Virus record (IMG/VR): IMGVR_UViG_3300033463_000022
Span: 22,542 to 86,541 of that record
Source of the DNA: a virus
Lineage: Duplodnaviria > Heunggongvirae > Uroviricota > Caudoviricetes
Strand: one strand, 5' to 3'
Length of the DNA: 64,000 bases
Under the pieces are notes generated by a model, which did not search any database, was not told the origin of the DNA, and was given only the letters and a program-made list of their open reading frames with translations. Positions within the stretch are counted from its first letter, which is position 1. Each line of letters starts with the position of its first letter. Of the stretch, positions 1-8,214 are shown piece after piece. Made by a program: the position numbers and the translations under genes.

Positions 1-66
1 AATAGGCTAGGTGACGAGACCTTCAATCTCGGGATGCTGGGTTCGAATCCCGCCGGGAGTACCATT
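1..66 (+). tRNA. tRNA-Glu(TTC), 3' portion; window starts inside the gene
   Basis: Anticodon stem CGAGA/TCTCG with loop CCTTCAA, T-loop TTCGAAT, 3' end GGGAGT-A-CCA encoded. Confidence 0.45.
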
Positions 67-400
67 TGCTAAGTCATTTTCTCATCCTTATGGAGAGCTG
101 AGCATCTCTTAAAACTGCTCTTGACTCCCTATGGCCCGTTCCTCTAATCGGACTAGGAGGCCGGTCTCTCACATCGGCAATAAGCGTTCAAGCCGCTTAC
201 GGGTCACCATCGGGCGCGCTTCCGCCCGTTTAAAGGAAGCATTATAGTGAGCGGAAAGGACGGATTTCTTCCACTTAAACTACCACCGGCGGCCGGATCG
301 ACCGATATGTGGTTCCGCGATTTAGCAGCTCACTCAAATAAAAAGACAACCGAAGTAAAGTGGAAACTATAAAACTTGATTTAGAAGGAAGGAATTCTAG

Positions 401-688
401 ATGAAGTATTTCTCTGAGAAGTTGAACAAGGTGTTCGACACTGAGAAAGCGTGCGTCGAAGCAGAGGATGCGCACGACAAGGAAGTGGCTGAAAAGGAAG
501 CCAAGCAGAAGGCGCTCACAGAGGAGCGCGCTACTCGTGCCAAGAACGTGGAAGATCTGTATAAGCAGGCTGTTGAAGCCAAGGCGGCTTACGACAAGGA
601 GCTCCGTGCGTTCCTGGATGACTATGGCAGCTTCCACTGCACTCTGAAGAACGTCGATCCATTCTTCGGGTTCTTCGACTGGTTTTAA
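401..688 (+). CDS. hypothetical protein (95 aa, charged, coiled-coil-like)
   Basis: ORF with GGAAGGAA RBS-like sequence upstream; no TAG. Confidence 0.45.
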   Translation: MKYFSEKLNKVFDTEKACVEAEDAHDKEVAEKEAKQKALTEERATRAKNVEDLYKQAVEAKAAYDKELRAFLDDYGSFHCTLKNVDPFFGFFDWF

Positions 689-883
689 TTAACTGGTCTT
701 AGCGTAGACGGTCTACGCCCAAGATGGTGAAAACGAGTTCGAGTCTCGCTACTAACAAGTTCGACTCTTGCTAGTGCAGGTGCAACAAACCATCTTCTTT
801 ATATTGCGGAGGAGTGAAACGGTTTCCACGCCGCCCTCATAAGGCGGAAACAGCGGGGTCAGCACCCGCCTCCGCAACCATAT

Positions 884-959
884 ACCTCGGTAGCTCAGTC
901 GGTAGAGCACCATCTTCATACGGTGAGGGTCGTTGGTTCGATCCCAACCCGAGGTACCA
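884..959 (+). tRNA. tRNA-Met(CAT)
   Basis: Full cloverleaf: acceptor ACCTCGG/CCGAGGT, D-arm GCTC-AGTCGGTA-GAGC, loop TTCATAC, T-arm GTTGG-TTCGATC-CCAAC, CCA encoded. Confidence 0.7.
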
Positions 960-1026
960 ACAGAGGATTTTTGCTTTGCTCCTCTTCATTTCCCTAGCCA
1001 GCTTGGGTTAAAGCTGGCATTCCTAT

Positions 1027-1117
1027 ATAGAGGTGTCTGAGAGGTCGAAAGAGGCGCCCTGCTAAGGCGTTAATCCTATTCTAGGGTTCGAGGGTTCGAA
1101 TCCCTCCCTCTATGCCA
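1027..1117 (+). tRNA. tRNA-Ser(GCT), type II with long variable arm
   Basis: Acceptor ATAGAGG/CCTCTAT, anticodon stem GCGCC/GGCGT with loop CTGCTAA, T-arm AGGG-TTCGAAT-CCCT, discriminator G, CCA encoded. Confidence 0.55.
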
Positions 1118-1212
1118 ATCTGCGCAGGACGGATGCTTTAAGACCGTAGTGAGGGGCGATACGGCACTATCCTGTACCCCTCCCATACTATAAACGAAGG
1201 AGCGGATATAAT

Positions 1213-2139
1213 ATGGCAAATATCAATTCATTAACCAGAACAAATGCAACATCTTCCATTTATGGCACAAGGAATGTGCTTACGGGTCTTAGTTCGGGAC
1301 TTGACACCGAAGCTATGATTGAAAATAGTGTTTCGGGATATAAAATGAAAATTGAGTCCTTGAAACAAGAGCAAGACCTAATTGGATGGAAACAGGACGC
1401 TTATGGTAATATTATTGATAAAGCCACTAAGCTAAGCAGCAATTTTTTCTCTTATGGATCAAGCACAAACTTACTAAGTAATGGAATCTATGAAGCGGAA
1501 TCTTCTGAAAAGCTGACCCGCGCACTAAAAGACTTTGTTACTCAGTACAACGATTTAGCAACTACTCTAAGAACCGAATTCAAAACCCCCCCTAGCGACA
1601 GCGGCAACAAACCTCTTACAGAGAGCGATAAAGCCGATATGTCAGAAAACGCTATTAAGAACTATGAGGATAAGGCAAAGCAGGGCATCCTTTATAACGA
1701 TTCTGACATTACAAATTTTTATATGAAGTTAACTCAAGCAGTTTCCGCAAACTCTGCTGAGTTATCTAAACTTGGAATTAAGACTCGTTATGAAAGCGGT
1801 CTAACCACCCTTTCTTTTGATGAAGATACATTTAAGTCTGCGGCCGGAGGTATGGAGGAGCTACATGGCTTGATGAATAGGGTCAAAGGGGTAACCGAAA
1901 CCTATACTTCAACCTCGTTCTCTAACCCCGGCATCTTGAATAAGAAGGCGAGTAAGACTGACACACGTTCCGCCTGGAACCAAGAAGCCGCACGCATTGC
2001 CGAGCGAATTAAAATTCAAGAATCTCGCATGAGCCAGAAAATAGATTACTATACTCGTCAGTTTACGGCTTTGGAAAAGCTGATGAATATTATGAATAAT
2101 CAAAGCGAGATGCTTAACGGTTTAATGCTCGGTTACTAA
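1213..2139 (+). CDS. fliD: FliD-like flagellar filament cap protein homologue (308 aa)
   Basis: N-terminal LTGLSSGLDTEAMIENS and C-terminal IDYYTRQFTALEKLMNIMNN resemble FliD terminal helices; strong RBS GAAGGAGCGGATATAAT-ATG. Confidence 0.55.
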   Translation: MANINSLTRTNATSSIYGTRNVLTGLSSGLDTEAMIENSVSGYKMKIESLKQEQDLIGWKQDAYGNIIDKATKLSSNFFSYGSSTNLLSNGIYEAESSEKLTRALKDFVTQYNDLATTLRTEFKTPPSDSGNKPLTESDKADMSENAIKNYEDKAKQGILYNDSDITNFYMKLTQAVSANSAELSKLGIKTRYESGLTTLSFDEDTFKSAAGGMEELHGLMNRVKGVTETYTSTSFSNPGILNKKASKTDTRSAWNQEAARIAERIKIQESRMSQKIDYYTRQFTALEKLMNIMNNQSEMLNGLMLGY

Positions 2140-2143
2140 GGGT

Positions 2144-2184
2144 TTGCAAATAATTAAAAAATAATATATAATATATATAGAAAG
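2144..2184 (+). promoter_or_regulatory. sigma70-type promoter TTGCAA-N17-TATAAT plus ATATATAGAAAG start region
   Basis: -35/-10 with 17-nt spacer; member of a conserved promoter family repeated through the window. Confidence 0.55.
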
Positions 2185-2309
2185 TGAAAGTTAAATCCTG
2201 CTATATCAACGGGTAAACAACCGTGCCTCGATAGCCGCGCTTGCGCGGTGAGGAGAGTGTAGAGAAGGTCTTGATGCCGAAGTACAAGGTGCAGGAGCCT
2301 TAATTATAT

Positions 2310-2384
2310 GGTGTAATTGGTGTAACGGCAGCACGCGTGCCTGTGGAGCACGAGGAATCGGATCGTCCCCGATATTTCACCCCA
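2310..2384 (+). tRNA. tRNA-His(GTG) with G-1
   Basis: Extra 5' G opposite discriminator C (His hallmark), anticodon stem CGTGC/GCACG with loop CTGTGGA, CCA encoded; T-loop ATCGTCC is atypical. Confidence 0.5.
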
Positions 2385-2544
2385 CTTAATAAAATGAAAG
2401 GAGCCGTTAGTAATGGCTGATAAATCTTATAAGAAGCTTCCGGCTTCTGAGGTTCAAGGACTTCTCCAGTTAAGGCGAAGAGGCAGCGTAATAAAAGCAA
2501 AGAAAGGCAAGGGTTCTTACGTCCGTCATCCTAAGCATAGATAC

Positions 2545-2625
2545 GCCGCTGTCGCCAAAGTGGATAAGGCACCGGTCTTCTAAACCGGCATTTTCTTCGG
2601 GGTTCGAGTCCCCGCAGCGGTACCA
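2545..2625 (+). tRNA. candidate tRNA-Arg(TCT) with unusually long (9-nt) variable loop
   Basis: Acceptor GCCGCTG/CAGCGGT, anticodon stem CCGGT/ACCGG with loop CTTCTAA, T-arm CGGGG-TTCGAGT-CCCCG, A-CCA encoded; overlaps the 3' end of a 57-codon ORF (2413..2583). Confidence 0.35.
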
Positions 2626-2632
2626 TATTTGA

Positions 2633-2724
2633 AAGGCACATACAGCAAATATTTATATAGCATAATGGTAATGCAATCGTCTTCAAAACGATCTATGCGG
2701 TTCGAATCCGTCTTTTTGTGCCTT
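2633..2724 (+). ncRNA. tRNA-like structured RNA: framing stem AAGGCAC/GTGCCTT enclosing a D/anticodon/T-arm core whose anticodon loop reads UCA
   Basis: D-arm GCAT-AATGGTA-ATGC, hairpin ATCGT-CTTCAAA-ACGAT, T-arm GCGG-TTCGAAT-CCGT; 20-nt insert ATACAGCAAATATTTATATA between outer stem and D-arm. Confidence 0.4.
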
Positions 2725-2732
2725 GAATCTAT

Positions 2733-2808
2733 ACACAGGTAGCTCAGCTGGTAGAGTACGCGACTGATAATCGCGAGGTCGAGGGATCGTACCCCTCCCT
2801 GTGTACCA
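2733..2808 (+). tRNA. tRNA-Ile(GAT)
   Basis: Acceptor ACACAGG/CCTGTGT, anticodon stem CGCGA/TCGCG with loop CTGATAA, CCA encoded. Confidence 0.7.
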
Positions 2809-2930
2809 GAAACTGCTCGGATGGCCGTAGTCCCAGTCTGATCAACCGTGCAAGCGAGGAGCAGTATAATATAATATGGGCCTCCGCAGCCGAGGTAGGA
2901 CTCTCTCGTTTGCTGCATTTATAACTCTTT

Positions 2931-3004
2931 CGAGGACGGGGTGTGATGGTAGCACGCTGCGCTTGGGACGCAGAGGAGCAGTCCGATTCTGACGTCTTCG
3001 ACCA
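2931..3004 (+). tRNA. possible degenerate tRNA-Pro(TGG)
   Basis: Perfect anticodon arm CTGCG-CTTGGGA-CGCAG and acceptor CGAGGAC/GTCTTCG with A-CCA, but T-arm only 3 bp and D-arm spacing irregular. Confidence 0.25.
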
Positions 3005-3138
3005 GGCTAGTTATGGAACTGGCTAGTATGATTTTTACAGTTCTAGGCTAAAGGAGCAAATGAGCCTCCCGCTGATAGACGTATCAATGGGTGACAAAAT
3101 GGGCAGCGGACCCACGCGACTTAAACTGTGGGACGTAT

Positions 3139-3212
3139 GCGGGTATAGTATAGTGGTAGTACATTAGCTTGCCATGCTAAGGGCGCGGGTTCAATCCCCG
3201 CTACTCGCTCCA
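3139..3212 (+). tRNA. tRNA-Gly(GCC)
   Basis: Acceptor GCGGGTA/TACTCGC, D-arm GTAT-AGTGGTA-GTAC, stem TTAGC/GCTAA with loop TTGCCAT, T-arm GCGGG-TTCAATC-CCCGC, CCA encoded. Confidence 0.7.
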
Positions 3213-3246
3213 TCGACCTTCATGGTCAATCCCTCTCTCTCTTGAT

Positions 3247-3385
3247 TAGACTCATACAGCAAATTATACATATAGAAAATAAAAATTATAGTAAAAAGCT
3301 ATTTGGCTGCTTTTTATGACCCGATCCATGCGTCGAAGCAAGCGCGGTAGGGTGGGAGACAAAGCGCTACAGTTTCGTGAGTCTA
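3247..3385 (+). ncRNA. structured element closed by 8-bp stem TAGACTCA/TGAGTCTA, carrying the shared ATACAGCAAAT motif
   Basis: Inverted 8-mers enclose about 125 nt; 5' motif shared with elements at 2633, 4015 and 17566. Confidence 0.3.
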
Positions 3386-3399
3386 GCATTTATCCTTTA

Positions 3400-3445
3400 T
3401 TGACCTTTCTTAAAAAATATAATATAATATTTATAGAAAGATTGA
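3400..3445 (+). promoter_or_regulatory. sigma70-type promoter TTGACC-N17-TATAAT plus ATTTATAGAAAG
   Basis: Near-consensus -35/-10 with 17-nt spacer upstream of the 3465 ORF. Confidence 0.6.
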
Positions 3446-3464
3446 GAAAGGGAGTGTTCAAGAA

Positions 3465-3650
3465 ATGAAAGTTTATATGGGAGAATATTACAACCTCCCG
3501 AATCTTGGTCTTGTGCGCACCGTCGGCAAGGCTAGGAACTGCGAAACGTGCAAGACAATGATTATGTTCGTTACCGTCAAGGACGGCGGCATCGTGGGTG
3601 ACACGCTGCTGATCAACGAGGAAGATTTTATCAAAAGGATAGAGAAATGA
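3465..3650 (+). CDS. small hypothetical protein (61 aa, CxxC)
   Basis: ORF with AGGGAG RBS immediately downstream of a consensus promoter. Confidence 0.45.
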   Translation: MKVYMGEYYNLPNLGLVRTVGKARNCETCKTMIMFVTVKDGGIVGDTLLINEEDFIKRIEK

Positions 3651-3799
3651 ATCCCGACGGACAAGGCTTTGGCGTATGACAATTTACTAAAAGCGAGAGA
3701 CACTCGTATGACACGTGTCGTTTGAATCGCTGATGTTTATTGAACAGGACGGTGGGACGCGAAAAAAAACGCCGTAAGGCGCGGTGGTCGGGATTTTAT

Positions 3800-3876
3800 G
3801 CTCGCTTAGCTCAGCTGGTTAGAGCGCTTGGTTTACACCCATGAGGTCGCTGGTTCGAGTCCAGCAGCGAGTACCA
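3800..3876 (+). tRNA. tRNA-Val(TAC)
   Basis: Acceptor GCTCGCT/AGCGAGT, D-arm GCTC-AGCTGGTTA-GAGC, anticodon loop TTTACAC, T-arm GCTGG-TTCGAGT-CCAGC, CCA encoded. Confidence 0.6.
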
Positions 3877-4014
3877 GACGCGCGTATCTTGGCTTTGTAT
3901 AGAGTGTGACGTACTTAGCCTCGTAGAAAGCACACCTTACCAGCCTGAGGTAGAAAAGTGGCGGGTTTGGGACGCCCGCTAAAGAAAGGCAAAGTCCCAA
4001 TTATTGATTAGAAT

Positions 4015-4128
4015 AGGCGCACACAGCAAATTTTTACTGATAAAGTAATTTTTAGTGCATTGGTAGCACATTAGAATGTTTAATCTAAAAGAGTGGGTCC
4101 GAATCCCACAAAAATACTTTTTGCGTCT
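4015..4128 (+). ncRNA. tRNA-like RNA with an 8-nt anticodon loop (ATGTTTAA) and AT-rich acceptor-like stem, framed by outer stem AGGCGCA/TGCGTCT
   Basis: Core 4046..4117: TAATTTT-TA-GTGC-ATTGGTA-GCAC-A-TTAGA-ATGTTTAA-TCTAA-AAGA-GTGGG-TCCGAAT-CCCAC-AAAAATA-C; CACAGCAAAT motif in the 5' insert. Confidence 0.35.
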
Positions 4129-4282
4129 AGAATTGATTAAAAGCTGGAAGCAAGTCCTAGAGGGCGACGTCCTGCAGGCGGTTCGTACTGGGCAACCAGC
4201 TTTTACACAAAATTTGGTATGCCCTAGAAAATTGTAGGGCAAAATCTTATAAAGATGCCACAAGTTTTTTTATATATAATAG

Positions 4283-4368
4283 ACGGAGATGACCGAGTGG
4301 TTGAAGGTATCAGACTTTGAATCTGACAGGGAAACCTCGCGTGGGTTCGAATCCCGCTCTCCGCGCCA
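4283..4368 (+). tRNA. type II (Ser-like body, long variable arm) tRNA with anticodon UUG
   Basis: 3-bp D-stem with 11-nt loop GAGTGGTTGAA (Ser-like), stem TCAGA/TCTGA with loop CTTTGAA, T-arm GTGGG-TTCGAAT-CCCGC, A1.C72 mismatch, discriminator G, CCA encoded. Confidence 0.5.
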
Positions 4369-4396
4369 ATTATTTCGAATAAAGGAGAATATAAAA

Positions 4397-5321
4397 TGAC
4401 TTGTGGCATCTATAAAATTGAAAACAACATAAATCATAAGATTTATGTTGGACAATCTCGAAATATAGAGCGTCGTTGGCAAAAACATAAAGCTGCAAAT
4501 GAAGATTACGCGCTCCATAAAGCATTCTAGAAGTACGGAGTTGAAAATTTCACATTTTCTATCCTAGAAGAATGTGATGTTGATATGCTTGATGAACGAG
4601 AAATCTATTGGATAGGATATTTTGACTCTTATCATCAAGGATATAATGAAACTAAAGGCGGTCAAGGTACTTCTGGGCTAACGATGAAGCTTACTGAAGA
4701 TTAGGTTTCTATAATAAGAGAACTTTTAAGAACAACCAACAGAACGAATGCTGATATTGCTGATGAATTTGGTGTTTCAGAGAATGCTATTAGCGGCATA
4801 AATACTGGATATTATTGGAAAAATAATTAGATAGATTACCCCATCAGAAAACAAGTTACTCGTCCTAAAAGCACTAAAAGCACTTATTGCTTACGATGTG
4901 GGCATGAATTAAAATCTCATAGCTCAACTTACTGCCCTGAATGTGCAGCAATCATGAGACGAAAGGTTGAACGCCCTTCCAAAGAAGAGCTTCTAAAAGA
5001 ACTTCAAGAATCTCAAGGTGCCTTTACAGCGATAGGAAAGAAATATGGAGTGACAGATAACACTATCAGAAAATGGTGTTCTGCATACGAACTACCAACA
5101 CACACATCAGATTATAAAATAGTAGTAAAAGAGAAGAAAGGTAAAAACTTTCCACCTGTTCGGGTTTAGCAGATAGATAAGAAAACCGGTGAAGTAATTC
5201 GAGAATTTGAATCTTTATCTCAGGCTCAAAGAGAAACTGGAATTGATCACATTATTCCCGCTAGCGATCCCAATAATACCACTCGAAAGACCGCAGGCGG
5301 ATATATATGGCGAAGAATTTA
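4397..5321 (+). CDS. GIY-YIG homing endonuclease (308 codons, 4 in-frame TAG read as Gln)
   Basis: N-terminal GIYKIEN...YVGQS, KAF-Q-KYGVENF across a TAG, C-terminal NUMOD-like ...QQIDKKTGEVIREFESLSQA; RBS AAAGGAGAAT. Confidence 0.8.
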
Positions 5322-5671
5322 ATTCTTCTCTATAGGGAATTAGTATAACAGCAGTGCGCTAGGCTCTGAACCTAGAGGAGGAGGAGCGTCACCTTCATTC
5401 CCTGCCATTAAGGAGAATATCTCGCCTCCGTATGCTAAAATACGCTACCAAGAGAAATAGAGCGGTAAGGATAAGCACGCTCAGCGAGTTTAACAATAGT
5501 AAGGAAAGCAGGACGGTCGGAAATCGTCTATAAGTCTTTTCTATATAGTGACCAGCGGGATGTAGATCTAGAAAATCATCATTTAAAGAGTCGCTCTAAG
5601 GGCGCAATGAGCGTTTGGGTGAAAACCACACCTCTGGCGTTTGGCGGTAACGTAGAACCGCCACTTCCCTC

Positions 5672-5748
5672 GCTCCAGTAGCCCAACTGGCAGAGGCATC
5701 GCACTTAAGATGCGAAAAGTGTGGGTTCGAATCCCACTTGGAGTACCA
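5672..5748 (+). tRNA. type I tRNA with anticodon UAA (Leu-decoding anticodon on a short-variable-arm body)
   Basis: Stem TCGCA/TGCGA with loop CTTAAGA, T-arm GTGGG-TTCGAAT-CCCAC, acceptor with terminal G.U pairs, A-CCA encoded. Confidence 0.5.
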
Positions 5749-5932
5749 TTAAGACGGTCACAGCAACAACTTTTCTGACAAGTATAAATCAGAGCCATTT
5801 TAACTTACCGTCTAGCTTTTATATAATGCCGCGAGCGGTAATGGTTTAGAAATTCTCCCTACAAATTCACAGTAGTCCTCGGGCGTGCCTGAAATGCCGA
5901 GCAATACGAGGGCCGCGGCTAAAATTTTATAT

Positions 5933-6019
5933 CGGGGAGCTGCTGAGTTGGTGATCAGCGGCGGGCCGTAACCCCGTTGCCCAACGGCTAAGTAGGTTCG
6001 AATCCTACCTCCCTGACCA
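5933..6019 (+). tRNA. tRNA-Tyr(GTA), type II
   Basis: Acceptor CGGGGAG/CTCCCTG, 5-bp D-stem GCTGA/TCAGC, anticodon loop CCGTAAC, variable-arm stem GCC/GGC, T-arm GTAGG-TTCGAAT-CCTAC, A-CCA encoded. Confidence 0.55.
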
Positions 6020-6200
6020 AAACGAAATACGACTATGCAGCTTCATATATTCATCATGATAACCTCCTTTCTTGAAACAATAGCAAGACAGACCTTGGTC
6101 GCTGCATACAAGGTAACTTGCGGCGGTCGCCCTAAAGGTCGGCGAGGCAGCTTTTTCTTCACTCCCCTGCCTCCGACCGGCGCCCGCACTTTCCCTCCCC

Positions 6201-6238
6201 AGACCCAGAGATTAACAGTCTCTGGGTCTTTTCTTTTA
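6201..6238 (+). terminator. intrinsic terminator (AGACCCAGAG-ATTAAC-AGTCTCTGGGTCT plus T-run)
   Basis: Perfect 11-bp hairpin followed by TTTTCTTTT. Confidence 0.6.
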
Positions 6239-6246
6239 TCTGCGCT

Positions 6247-6292
6247 ACCGCGAACGGCCGAATTCCCGTGACTAGGCCCCACCAATTTTTTC
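6247..6292 (+). promoter_or_regulatory. conserved GC-rich element ACCGCGAACGGCCGAATTCCC...CCACCAATTTTTT (copy 1 of 2)
   Basis: 20/21 identical to 32541..32561 and shares the CCACCAA(A)TTTTTT tail; both copies follow a terminator and precede TAG-containing genes. Confidence 0.45.
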
Positions 6293-6380
6293 CTTTCGTT
6301 TACTGGACGAAATTCTTATATTATATTTTCCCAATTTTCATATATCATAGGACAATGAAAATGAAAGGAGATAAAACTCT

Positions 6381-6701
6381 ATGTATACACCGACCTTTCT
6401 TAACGGGCAAGCAGCAAATATGGTTCGCGAGTTTGTTGTTGATACCGTTGAGGATATTACTTCTATAGATGTCTCCTAGTTACTACCTGGCTCAAGGGTA
6501 TTTGTTATTAATACAAGCTAGTGGTATATGCTAAATCACAGAAAATTATGGCAGACTATTAATTGGGGCTCTGGCGGAGGCGGTTCTGGCGGAAGTGTAG
6601 TATATGATGGCGGCAATATAGACGATAATTCAGCGAGCGACAGCGGTTCTGGAAGTGGAACCTCTACAAATAACACTTCATATGACGGTGGACAGCCTTG
6701 A
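6381..6701 (+). CDS. hypothetical structural-region protein (106 aa, Gly/Ser-rich C-terminus; 2 in-frame TAG)
   Basis: RBS AAAGGAG; frame open across TAGs at 6477 and 6519, ends at TGA. Confidence 0.5.
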
Positions 6702-6749
6702 CGGGCTAACCTACGAGTGAAGAATTTGTAAAGGAGGAATAAGGGTACT

Positions 6750-7256
6750 ATGGCAGATACAGTAATTAAAACTACTTTCTAGTTTCGCCGTGGGCAAGCT
6801 GCCACTTGGGCAAGCAAAGACCCAGTATTAGAATATGGCGAACCGGGTTTTGAAAGTGATACTGGAAGATTAAAAATTGGCACCTCAGACAAAAAGCATT
6901 GGAGCCAACTTCCCTACTTTGGTGGCGGAGGTGTATGCCAAGGCTATTATTATAATGGTGCCTTTTATAGCGATGTAAGTCATACGCATGAAATGCCGGC
7001 TTCTGTTGAATATATATATATTGATATTTCAAATTCCAATATATATTTCTATAACGGAAGCGCATATGTCCAAATCATCAATGGCGGTGGTACAATCGTC
7101 CCCGCGACAGATACCACTCCTGGTGTGATGAAGCTCTATAACGCCGCCGGTGCTAATACCGACGGTACTATAACTCAAAAATTTATCACAGAAGAATTAA
7201 ACAAGAAAGTTGAGGCTTCTGTTGATAGTGCACATGAAACTTTAATCCTCGACTAA
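6750..7256 (+). CDS. tail-fibre protein with the conserved phage fibre N-terminal motif (168 aa, 1 TAG)
   Basis: MADTVIKTTF-Q-FRRGQAATWASKDPVLEYGEPGFESDTGRLKIG matches the widespread FQFRRG...NP.L..GEPG.E.DT fibre motif, with Q supplied by the TAG; RBS AAAGGAGGAAT. Confidence 0.75.
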
Positions 7257-7279
7257 TTTTGTTAAGGAGGAATTACATT

Positions 7280-8143
7280 ATGTCTATTAACCCTACTTTT
7301 TCTAATACGCCAGTCCTTGCTAAAGTAAAAATTGGTAATTCCACCTATTTTCTTAAAGATGCAGAACTGCGTAATATTGTAAGCGCATTTGGTAACGCTG
7401 TCGAGCAAGACATTGCAGTTTCTATTGGCTCTGAAGCAACCGGTATTCCTCTCGCTAGTGACGTCTTCGCTTTTGTTGTCAGCGAGATTGGTACTCTTGG
7501 TCAGGCTATTACTCTTCTAAGCGAATCGGATCATACAGAAGTTTTAGTCCCTAGGAATGGTAACTTCGTAGTTGAATCCAACGGTGAAGAATGGCTATAT
7601 GTTGTTGATTCTACTACTGGTGTTGGAGCTTGGCGTGAGGTTGGCAGCGAAAATGCTTATGTTTTAAAGACATTTGAAGTTGCTGGCATTGCTATGAGTG
7701 GTTCTGAGATTACTGCTTCTCAGCTTTCTAGCGCGATGGATCTCAAGGCTTTTGCCCATGCAGATTCTGTTAGTTACACTCCAGAAGGCGGCGTTTCGGT
7801 TTCCCTTTCTACTTCCGATGTGAACGTTGTCACTTCTGTCGGCAAGCTTGGTTCTTTTAATGCGGGTTCTTATGTTGCACCTAGCATTTCTGAATCTTCT
7901 GGTTCTTTTGCAACAGCTGGTCTTGTTGCTTCTGTTGGCAGCGGCGATGATGCAGAAACTTTAATTTTGACTGCTGCAACTCTCGGTAACGCGCTTACCG
8001 CAACCAACTTTAATGCTGGCAGCTATACCGCACCTACTTATACCGGTGCAGAGCTTCCTAGTGTGGCTTCTTTTAGCGCTGCTTATGGTGTCGCTAATGC
8101 AGCTTTTAGTGGCACTAGTGCTACTATTGCTCCTGGCACTTAA
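7280..8143 (+). CDS. Ala/Ser/Gly-rich tail-fibre or structural protein (287 aa)
   Basis: RBS TAAGGAGGAATTACATT-ATG identical in context to the flagellin RBS; low-complexity A/S/G/T composition typical of fibre shafts. Confidence 0.55.
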   Translation: MSINPTFSNTPVLAKVKIGNSTYFLKDAELRNIVSAFGNAVEQDIAVSIGSEATGIPLASDVFAFVVSEIGTLGQAITLLSESDHTEVLVPRNGNFVVESNGEEWLYVVDSTTGVGAWREVGSENAYVLKTFEVAGIAMSGSEITASQLSSAMDLKAFAHADSVSYTPEGGVSVSLSTSDVNVVTSVGKLGSFNAGSYVAPSISESSGSFATAGLVASVGSGDDAETLILTAATLGNALTATNFNAGSYTAPTYTGAELPSVASFSAAYGVANAAFSGTSATIAPGT

Positions 8144-8147
8144 TATT

Positions 8148-8187
8148 AAGGACGGAGTAGATTTATTACTCCGTCCTTAATTTTTAC
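8148..8187 (+). terminator. intrinsic terminator (AAGGACGGAGTAG...CTACTCCGTCCTT plus T-run)
   Basis: 13-bp inverted repeat followed by AATTTTTA. Confidence 0.65.
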
Positions 8188-8214
8188 TGAGAAAAAGGAG
8201 TTAAAAGAATTCAT

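Noticed and set aside
814-1011. 65-aa + strand ORF
   Set aside because: Entirely covers tRNA-Met(CAT) and structured spacer RNA; no RBS.
6035-6285. Overlapping 78 to 80-aa ORFs on both strands in the 6.0..6.3 kb intergenic region
   Set aside because: GC-rich noncoding region containing a terminator hairpin and the conserved regulatory element; no RBS, proline/arginine-rich artefactual translations.
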